A stretch of 56,765 nt of DNA from a virus. The stretch is from IMG/VR virus record IMGVR_UViG_3300045988_138309; one strand, 5' to 3'. Made by a program: the position numbers and the translations under genes. Positions 29,071 to 36,278 of this stretch are shown one piece after another. Positions within the stretch are counted from its first letter, which is position 1. The number at the start of each line of letters is the position of its first letter. The notes under the pieces were generated by a model. It saw only the letters and a program-made list of their open reading frames with translations. It was not told the DNA's origin and did no database searches.

Positions 29071-29114
29071 CGACGTAGGCCGAGATACGGCCGACCCGGC
29101 AGATAGGTCCCACC

Positions 29115-29615
29115 ATGAAGAACCAGTACGAATACACAATCAACTCAACGGAAGACATCTCCAGAGCGCTGGCCGAGGCCGATCGCGAGGGTTACGACCT
29201 CACCCACTACAACTCAGCGTTCTACCTCCGAGGCACTGCCGGAGAGTCGATCTCCGTGGACGACTCCCTAGCGCACCTCTTCGTCACGACTTACGGCCCC
29301 GCTCCGGTGTGGGTCTCGGGCGAGGGTGAGGTGACGGTTAGAGCTGTGGAGAATGCCGTCGTCTACGCCACGGAAGGCAGCTTGGTAGACGCCTACGACT
29401 CTGCCACCGTCTACGCCTATGACCGCTCTCAGGTAGACGTCAGCATGGAGGCATCCGTGTACGTGGCCTCAGATGACGTGGACGTGAAAGCCTTCGGCAA
29501 CTCCGAGGTGTACCTCCCCAGCGATGGAGTGGCCGGGTCTCAGGCACAGGTGTTCCTGCAGGACTACTCCAATATCACTCGAGGCGTCGACGTGCCTGCG
29601 GTCCTCACCAACTGA
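29115..29615 (+). CDS. Hypothetical protein with short beta-strand repeats
   Basis: Periodic V.A.D.A.VYA repeats; high GC3. Confidence 0.5.
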   Translation: MKNQYEYTINSTEDISRALAEADREGYDLTHYNSAFYLRGTAGESISVDDSLAHLFVTTYGPAPVWVSGEGEVTVRAVENAVVYATEGSLVDAYDSATVYAYDRSQVDVSMEASVYVASDDVDVKAFGNSEVYLPSDGVAGSQAQVFLQDYSNITRGVDVPAVLTN

Positions 29616-29627
29616 TAGGAGAATCCA

Positions 29628-29948
29628 ATGACATCCCTCTCAACCAATCACCTGGCCTTCCCCGGCAACTTCAACCCACTCACCGAGCGCCGCGTGTCTG
29701 CCCAGTCCTGGGCCAACGCCCTGCGCCCCTACCTGCGCTACGTAAGCACCGTGACGAAGGACGACTCCCTAGCCGTCCTGGCGGAGAATGGCCATGACCT
29801 TGTCCTGACCTTCACCCAGTCCGAGGAGAAGCGCGGCCGCTGGCCTCTGTGGACACTGGAGGTCTACTCGCGCTCCACCCGCGTCGAGTACTCGTACCAG
29901 GTCGGCAACCTTCAGGACGTGCTAGTCTCTCTCCTGCACGAGCTCTGA
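29628..29948 (+). CDS. Hypothetical protein
   Basis: AGGAGAA RBS; high GC3. Confidence 0.5.
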   Translation: MTSLSTNHLAFPGNFNPLTERRVSAQSWANALRPYLRYVSTVTKDDSLAVLAENGHDLVLTFTQSEEKRGRWPLWTLEVYSRSTRVEYSYQVGNLQDVLVSLLHEL

Positions 29949-30002
29949 GCCATTACCACCGCCTAGTCAGCGGGCCAGGGCTCGCCAGGCGATGGAGCCG
30001 CA

Positions 30003-30040
30003 CAGAAAACCCCCACGGTCAAGGTCGCGGGGGTTTTCTG
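30003..30040 (+). terminator. Terminator hairpin
   Basis: CAGAAAACCCCC / GGGGGTTTTCTG stem followed by TTG. Confidence 0.6.
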
Positions 30041-30150
30041 TTGCCCAGATCACGCTTGTAAAGTTGTTAGCTCTTTACCCGTCACCTCACAAGATGTAGG
30101 CTGGACCCATCACCCGGCGACGGCTACCGCCGTCCCAGATAGGAGCAGTC

Positions 30151-33100
30151 ATGCGCATCATGGACCTGGAGAAGGTCGTGAGCCAGGCCAGGAAGGCCGC
30201 CCAGGGCTCACACACGCCCTGTGGCCCGATCACGTGGGTCTGGGGCAAAGAGGACCTGAAGGCCCTCGTCAAGGCCGTCCACGCCTCGCAGAAGGTCGTC
30301 ATGGACCTCGAGACCACCGGCCTGGACGAGTACGCGGAGGCCGGCGGCGACACCAACGGCAGCTACCCCGCACGGATCGTCCTGGCCTCCCTGACCCTGC
30401 CCAGTGCCGAGCGCGCGGCGGCCGGTGCCTACAACTGGCGCAGCTTCGACGGCGAGCAGCCGATGACCTACCTAGTGCCTCTCTCGCACCCGGCCAGCCC
30501 CCTGCTCGGCTCGTGGAGGAAGGTCATGGCGATCATCGGCCGCGAGATCAACCGCAGCGGCAAGCCCTTCGTCAACGCGAACATCAAGTTCGACGCCCGG
30601 TGGGTCTTCGCCCAGGCCGGCGTGGACCTGTCCGACCGCATCGAGTGGGACACGACCGTCTCGTCCCAGCTGGTGGACACAGAGGCCCGCACCCGCCTCA
30701 AGATTCGCGCCGCGCGCGACTTCGGTATCGAGGAGTGGGACGACTTCGACCTAAGCACTCCAGGCGCCGCCGAGCAGGTCGACCTGATCCAGCTGGGCGA
30801 GTACGCCGCCCGTGACACCTACTACACCTGGAAGATCGAGGAGAAGCACCGCGACCAGATGTTCCTCGCCGGGGACGAGGAGCCCTTCGACTCCGACGAC
30901 ATCCAGATGGCCCGCCTAGGTAAGGTCGCCACCTACGTCGCCATGCCGACTGTGAAGACTCTCACAAAGGTGGAGCAGCGCGGCTTCCTGCTCGACGTCG
31001 ACTGGGTCCACGCCAAGATCGAGGAGATGGACGCCCTGCGCCTGAAGGCCTGCGAGGACATCCTCGGCCTGTACGGCACCGCCCCGGCGCCTGCGCCGGC
31101 GAAGGACGGCGTCACCACGGCCGCGACGTCGAAGTGGTTCCAGGGCTTCGTGGCCCAGGCCATCGAGGCCGGCGACCTGCGTGTGACGGCCCGCACGGAC
31201 TCCGGAAACGCTCAGTGGAACAAGGCGGTCCTCATCGCCCAGCAGCGTCAAGGCAGCCCCGCCGCCGACGCGTTGCTGCGCCACCGCGACGCGACGAAGA
31301 CGCTAGAGTTCCTGCGCTCGTGGCTGGAGCTCCGTGACCCAAACAACGTGATCCATGCCACATACAACGTGGGATTTGTAAAGACGGGAAGATTAAGTTG
31401 TGCCTCCCCGAATCTTCAACAGTGCCTACACGGTGCTGACGAGGTTCTTACCCGCTCCGGGTGGGTGCGGCTTGACGCTCTCGAGCACGGGGTCGAGATC
31501 ATGCAGGTCTCGGAGACCGGGGAGGGCTCCTGGGTCGTGCCTACCGGTTACGTGGACAAGCCCTACGCGGGAAACATGGTCCGCATGAAGTCGGATTGGA
31601 TCGACGTCCTCATGACCCCGGATCACCGCCTCCTGACCCACACCCGTGGCGGAGCTCCTCGCTGGGAGCGGGCCTCGCAGTGGGTGGGGACTGCCGGAAA
31701 GATCGTTGACCGCAAGTTCATCCGCGCTCTGACCTCCGCCCCAGATGCCCCCGACCTTACGGAATCTGAGCGCCGGGAGGTGCGCATGGCCATCGCCATG
31801 CAGGCCGACGGGTCGAGCTCCCGTAAGTCATGGCAGGCGACCGTCGTTAAAAAGCGGAAGGGGGAGGCCCTGATCGAGATGGGAGGAGAGTACCGCGCAG
31901 GATGGGCACGCCCCTGCTACACCCTCCGGGTCCCTAAAGAGAGCCTGTCCAAGTGGCTTGACCCGGAGAGCAAGAACTTCCGGCCCGAGGCATTCCTCGC
32001 TCTGAACCGGAAGGACTGCGCGTGGGCGCTCGACGAGATTCTTCGCTGGGACGGGGACTCTACTCGGGGGTGCACCTACACCCAGAACCAGGCACGCCGC
32101 CCCTCCGTAGACCTGGCACAGGCGCTGGCCGCAATGTGCGGGCGCTCGACCACTCTCTACCGGAAGCAGGTCGATGGGGTGACCTATCCCACGGCCAACT
32201 TCCACCGCAAGGCGATCCGCTACGCGTCCCGGATGTGGGTCACGGAAGAGCCCTACGACGGGCGGGTTTATTGCGTCTCTGTCCCATCGGGCGCCTTCCT
32301 GGCTCGGAGTGGTGGGACGGTCTGGGTCACCGGCAACTGCTCTGCGTCACTAAAACCTGCCTTCATCCCCCGTCCGGGGCACGTCCTGCTCGACCTCGAC
32401 TACAGCCAGGTCGAGCTGCGGGTGGCGGCGTTCATCTCCCGCTCTCAGCCTATGATCGAGGCATTCCAGCGTGGTGATGATCTTCACAGGCTCCTTGCTG
32501 CGAAGATCGCCGGAAAGGCGCCGGAGGACGTCACCAACCTGGAGCGCAAGCGGGCTAAGGCTGGCAACTTCGGCCTCCTCTACGGCATGAGCCCCGGCGG
32601 CTTCCAGTCCTACGCCGCCACCGCCTATGACGTTTCTCTCACTTTGGCGGAGGCTCAGGCCGTCCACAGCGCGTTCTTCGAGATGTGGGATGGCATGCGC
32701 CAGTGGCACGAGCGCGCCAAGCGCCGGGCCTACGAGCGCGGTTATGTGACATCCCCTATCGGGCGCACGCAGTGGCTGAGCGACCTCTACTCGAAGAGCT
32801 CGTTCAAGTCCTCCCACGCCGAGCGCAACGCCCTGAACAGCCCCGTGCAGGGCTTCGGCTCGGACCTCATGCAGATGGCGGCCGCCTCGATCATGGGGAC
32901 CCTGCCCGGCTACCCGCTGCCCCGAGTAGAGGGGGCGCACGTCGTTGCCACCGTCCACGACGAGATCTGCATCGAGGTGCCGGAGGACCGCTGGCAGGAG
33001 ATCCTGATCGAGTGCAAGCGCCGCATGGAGGACGTGAACACCTTCCTGCGCCCGCTCGACTGCCAGATGGACGTCCCGATCGTGGCCGGCCCCTCGGCCG

Positions 33101-33159
33101 GGACGCGCTGGGGCGTGCACGACCTGCACGACGAGGATGACCCGCTCCCAGCAGTCTGA
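30151..33159 (+). CDS. polA: Family-A DNA polymerase (3'-5' exonuclease plus polymerase) interrupted by an intein
   Basis: Exo I motif MDLETTGL; TGRLSCASPNLQQ; motif A DLDYSQVELRV; motif B KRAKAGNFGLLYG; motif C VHDE. 697 aa without the intein. Confidence 0.9.
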   Translation: MRIMDLEKVVSQARKAAQGSHTPCGPITWVWGKEDLKALVKAVHASQKVVMDLETTGLDEYAEAGGDTNGSYPARIVLASLTLPSAERAAAGAYNWRSFDGEQPMTYLVPLSHPASPLLGSWRKVMAIIGREINRSGKPFVNANIKFDARWVFAQAGVDLSDRIEWDTTVSSQLVDTEARTRLKIRAARDFGIEEWDDFDLSTPGAAEQVDLIQLGEYAARDTYYTWKIEEKHRDQMFLAGDEEPFDSDDIQMARLGKVATYVAMPTVKTLTKVEQRGFLLDVDWVHAKIEEMDALRLKACEDILGLYGTAPAPAPAKDGVTTAATSKWFQGFVAQAIEAGDLRVTARTDSGNAQWNKAVLIAQQRQGSPAADALLRHRDATKTLEFLRSWLELRDPNNVIHATYNVGFVKTGRLSCASPNLQQCLHGADEVLTRSGWVRLDALEHGVEIMQVSETGEGSWVVPTGYVDKPYAGNMVRMKSDWIDVLMTPDHRLLTHTRGGAPRWERASQWVGTAGKIVDRKFIRALTSAPDAPDLTESERREVRMAIAMQADGSSSRKSWQATVVKKRKGEALIEMGGEYRAGWARPCYTLRVPKESLSKWLDPESKNFRPEAFLALNRKDCAWALDEILRWDGDSTRGCTYTQNQARRPSVDLAQALAAMCGRSTTLYRKQVDGVTYPTANFHRKAIRYASRMWVTEEPYDGRVYCVSVPSGAFLARSGGTVWVTGNCSASLKPAFIPRPGHVLLDLDYSQVELRVAAFISRSQPMIEAFQRGDDLHRLLAAKIAGKAPEDVTNLERKRAKAGNFGLLYGMSPGGFQSYAATAYDVSLTLAEAQAVHSAFFEMWDGMRQWHERAKRRAYERGYVTSPIGRTQWLSDLYSKSSFKSSHAERNALNSPVQGFGSDLMQMAAASIMGTLPGYPLPRVEGAHVVATVHDEICIEVPEDRWQEILIECKRRMEDVNTFLRPLDCQMDVPIVAGPSAGTRWGVHDLHDEDDPLPAV
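31423..32337 (+). mobile_element. Class-1 intein (305 aa) with a LAGLIDADG-type homing endonuclease domain
   Basis: Inserted between PNLQQ and motif A. Block A CLHGADEVLT; block B LMTPDH; DOD motifs AIAMQADGSS and ILRWDGDST; blocks F/G VYCVSVPSGAFLA...VWVTGN followed by a +1 Cys. Confidence 0.8.
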
Positions 33160-33161
33160 TT

Positions 33162-33370
33162 GAGACTTACATCTCAAAACCTCAAAACCGGGAATACGTT
33201 GGAAACGCTGGGGAAAGTCCAGTATTCCCACATTCTCGGAGACATGCGTCACACTTTCACCCCACATCCCCTGAGACATACGTCTCAAAACCCGGAAACC
33301 GGGAATACGCAGTGATTGCAACGTTTAAGGCCTATTCCCAAACCACTCAGAGATCTACATCACACTTTTA
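33162..33370 (+). repeat. Two copies of an approximately 111-bp tandem module in an AT-rich intergenic region
   Basis: GAGACTTACATCTCAAAACCTCAAAACCGGGAATACG (33162-33198) matches GAGACATACGTCTCAAAACCCGGAAACCGGGAATACG (33273-33309). Each copy also carries GGGAATAC...(G)TATTCCC and TCACACTTT. Confidence 0.8.
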
Positions 33371-33379
33371 GGAGACACC

Positions 33380-33871
33380 ATGCGCAACGCGCTGCGCACC
33401 TACCCCGCCCGCAAGGCCACTATCCAGGGCCGCCCCGCCGTCCAGGTCCGGGACACGAAGAACGAGATCGAGTACTGGGTCGAGATCACCGACGAGCCGG
33501 ACGCCGGCGGCCGCTACCACGTCGTGAACCTCCTGTGCCGCCCAGACGCGGGCGTTCGCTTCCCCGATAGTGTCCCCCACAGGACCCTCTGTGAAATCGC
33601 CGCAAACGTGCTTGAGAGGGCCGAGAAGCCTGCACGGGGTGGCAACCAGTACCGAGGGGCCCCAGTCGAGACCCTGCGCGCGATGGTCGAGGAGGGCAAG
33701 ACCCGCACCGACATCGCCAAGGAGCTTGGCCGCAGCGTCTACACCGTGGACTCGTGGCTGCGCCGGGCTCGCCGCATCGACCCGACCTTCCCAGGCACGA
33801 TGACGAAGGGCGGGGCGCGACGCCCGGCTCGCAACCGGACCCCCTACCGAAGGGCTCCGAAGGGCGCCTGA
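33380..33871 (+). CDS. HTH DNA-binding protein with a basic C-terminus
   Basis: The segment TRTDIAKELGRSVYTVDSWLRRAR is HTH-like. GGAGACACC RBS. Confidence 0.55.
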   Translation: MRNALRTYPARKATIQGRPAVQVRDTKNEIEYWVEITDEPDAGGRYHVVNLLCRPDAGVRFPDSVPHRTLCEIAANVLERAEKPARGGNQYRGAPVETLRAMVEEGKTRTDIAKELGRSVYTVDSWLRRARRIDPTFPGTMTKGGARRPARNRTPYRRAPKGA

Positions 33872-33885
33872 GCCCCCTCTCCGAA

Positions 33886-33916
33886 GGGCCCCAGCCATCG
33901 CGGCTGGGGCCCTTTT
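33886..33916 (+). terminator. Intrinsic terminator
   Basis: GGGCCCCAGCC / GGCTGGGGCCC stem followed by TTTT. Confidence 0.75.
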
Positions 33917-34217
33917 GCGTGCCCTAGATCACGTCCCCGCCGTCCGTCCACATCCTGAGACAGGTGTCCGCATAGTGAGAAAGTGAGGGCGGTCACGGCG
34001 TTTTAAGCACGGTTGGAAGGGTAACTAATACTTATGTCAAAATGTGTATGCCAAGTTACAAGTTCCCCCGTACTCGGGCGTGTCGCACTACAACTTCCGC
34101 GTGTCGGGCCCCCTTACTGGGATTAATCAGTATGCCTGCATACTATTCCCAGATATGGGTGTGATGAATGTCTAACTTTTAAACCCCGATTCCGTGAACA
34201 AATTCACCAATTGGCTA

Positions 34218-34247
34218 TTGAAATGGCCCCCCTGAAAGTGCTATCAT
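34218..34247 (+). promoter_or_regulatory. Candidate promoter firing into the palindrome and desert
   Basis: TTGAAA, 18-nt spacer, TATCAT, at the edge of the AT-rich patch. Confidence 0.4.
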
Positions 34248-34262
34248 GCGCGCCCGCGCGCG

Positions 34263-34347
34263 CCCACACACACTCGCGCCCCCGGGTCTCCTCCCCCTGA
34301 CGGAGTCAGGGGGGGAGGAGACCCGAGGGGCGCTCGTGTTGTGTGGG
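34263..34347. repeat. 85-bp near-perfect palindrome (about 37 bp of pairing, 3-nt centre)
   Basis: CCCACACACACTCGCGCCCCCGGGTCTCCTCCCCCTGAC gga GTCAGGGGGGGAGGAGACCCGAGGGGCGCTCGTGTTGTGTGGG. Flanked by GCGCGCCCGCGCGCGC on one side and ATATATGTGTATATAT on the other. Confidence 0.85.
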
Positions 34348-35808
34348 TAGTGGAATATATGTGTATATATGAGCCAGGTCACACCTAGTGCCGAGCCCGT
34401 TTCCGCACCCGTTGCCGGTTCCGACCCGACCCCTCGCTCCGCTGCGCTCCGCTTCGGGGTCGGGTCCTTGAACCCCGGTCCGATCCGTGCCCGTCGCTAG
34501 CGCCGGGGAGCCTTCGCCCCTGCGGTGTCCGCGTGAAGGGCGCTGCGGCGCTGGGGCGCCGGTCGCCCACGCGTCCTCGCAGGTTCTTGGCTCCAGGCGG
34601 AGAGGCTTTCCTCGGGTCGCCGTGTTGAGGCTCGCTCCGCTTCGCTGCGCTCGGTCAACACGCCCGCCCCTCGGGCCTCTCTGCGACCTCGAGCGCCGAC
34701 GGCGCCCCGTCGAGATCCTGCGAGCCGGGACCTGAAAGCCGTGCCGCCGCACCTTCGTGCCGGGGATAGGGCCGCACATGCCCCCCAGAGGCCGTGTAAG
34801 CGATTCTGAGGGACTTTTACCTCGCCTCCGCACTCCGGGAGGGGTCCGGCCCTGAAAGGCGCTCAGAATGGCTTAGAACGCTCCTGAGGGATTCCGGCGC
34901 CGGGCCGCCCCGAGCCACGCCCACGCACCTTCGTTCCGGGAGGGGCCGCGCCGCCACCACGAATGTGATGACACTCACCCGAGAAATGGCCGCGTCGATT
35001 TGCATCGGGCCCCCGGATGGTGTTTAATAGACCCATCACCGCCGAGGGAGCGAAACTCCCCGGATTGGCCGCCGCAAGCCGGCGGCGGAAGTCCCTTTCC
35101 GGATGAGGAACTAACCCAAGGCGGTAGAGATACCCAGTCAGCTGGGAGGCTTTGCGAGTACGCGATGGCCTGGACGGACGGGACTCAGACGGGACACGCC
35201 TCCCGGGGTCCTAAGCCAAGTCGACCACCGCTATAAGGCCCGCACGGCCTGGATAACTGGATTCCGCCAATCATCACCACCGGCGTCGGGAAAGGCCTTG
35301 TGTGTTCCCCGTAGCCCCCGGCTCGTAGTTAGGGGTGGGCCGCCAAACGAGTCTCCGAAGTCGGTGAGGGTGTAGGACCGTGGGTTGAAGGCCCCGAGGT
35401 TCGCCGAGAAGCAAGCACAGGTCAGTGCGAGGGGACGGGGACCGGAGGACAACCTGAAACGCGATCCGTGACGCAGTCGACAGGTCCCGGTACGCGGGGA
35501 GAAGCGGCTCTGCAAGGAGCGCCCCGCTGAAACGCTTCCTCGGGAAGGTCCCCGCTAGACGAGCCCTTCGAGTGTGCTGTCACCACCGGCAGACTCGATC
35601 CGGTGAGACTGGCCCGGGAAGTCCCCCGAGCGATGGGAACCGTCTCTACGGGACCGTCCGGCCTGTGGTGGGCCTGGCGGCGACGTACGCGGGAAACTGA
35701 GACCGGATTCACCCGGACGTCTAGTCAACGTCTCATGAGCCTTCGTAATGAATGGACTTCCAGCCGCGGGACGCGGCAACGCCGGCCGGTAACGGCCCCT
35801 GGAACCTC

Positions 35809-35850
35809 TTGAGGTTCCACTACCCTTCGAGTAGTGTATGCGGGGCATAC
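35809..35850 (+). promoter_or_regulatory. Promoter with an overlapping palindromic operator
   Basis: TTGAGG, 17-nt spacer, TAGTGT. GTATGcggggCATAC (35836-35850) covers the -10 and +1. GGAACCTCTTGAGGTTCC (35801-35818) overlaps the -35. Confidence 0.45.
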
Positions 35851-35869
35851 ACCCGACAAAGGAGATGAC

Positions 35870-36214
35870 ATGCCCCGCCCCAGCAAGGACAAGCTCGTTC
35901 CCTACGTGGACGACCGCCCAGACCTCGACCAGCGGTTCGCGCCGTTGGATGCCCCCACATCGATCGACTTCGGCCGGAAGCCGGGAAACCCTTCCAGTCC
36001 TCGAAAGTCGGTGACCTTCACGATGAGGGAGGCTACCTGGGAGAGAGTCGTTCGCCGGGCAGAGCGCCAGGGCCTGCAGCCTAGGATCGTCCTAGCACGC
36101 CTCATGGAGGCGTACGGGAATCGCGAGCTCGACCTCGCACCTCACCCCTCGGGAATCAAGGTGACTCCCCACCGGACCACCTTCACCAATCCAGACAACC
36201 CCTCGAACCGGTGA
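35870..36214 (+). CDS. Small DNA-binding protein candidate (ribbon-helix-helix-like)
   Basis: ATG 35870 after AAAGGAG. The segment KSVTFTMREATWERVVRRAERQGL...IVLARLMEAY is RHH-like. Confidence 0.4.
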   Translation: MPRPSKDKLVPYVDDRPDLDQRFAPLDAPTSIDFGRKPGNPSSPRKSVTFTMREATWERVVRRAERQGLQPRIVLARLMEAYGNRELDLAPHPSGIKVTPHRTTFTNPDNPSNR

Positions 36215-36278
36215 CCGGCTGACTACCGGTCACCGGTTTCAGGGCATCTACCCGCCCGACACCTAGCACCCAGGACCC

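Larger units (their letters stand above)
33917..35808. other. 1.9-kb coding desert with repeats and hairpins; candidate origin and/or structured RNA locus
   Basis: All ORFs here are R/P/G-rich. The long frames I read (for example 35000..35236) have low GC3, unlike flanking genes. Dense inverted and direct repeats. Confidence 0.65.

Noticed and set aside
34263-34347. The 85-bp palindrome as a protelomerase (telRL-like) target of a linear plasmid-prophage.
   Set aside because: No ORF in the window resembles a protelomerase or tyrosine recombinase. All large ORFs have other assignments.
33917-35808. tRNA, tmRNA or RNase P genes in the coding desert.
   Set aside because: I found no GGTTCGAATCC-like T-loop with a matching acceptor stem. 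GGAAGTCCC at about 35088 only superficially resembles the RNase P GGAAAGTCCGG core, and the other conserved RNase P elements are missing.
34306-35848. ORFs of 60-175 aa inside the desert, for example 34306..34833 (minus), 35000..35236 (plus) and 35555..35848 (minus).
   Set aside because: Their composition is R/G/P/S-rich. The ones I read codon by codon have low GC3. None has an RBS or a recognisable motif.
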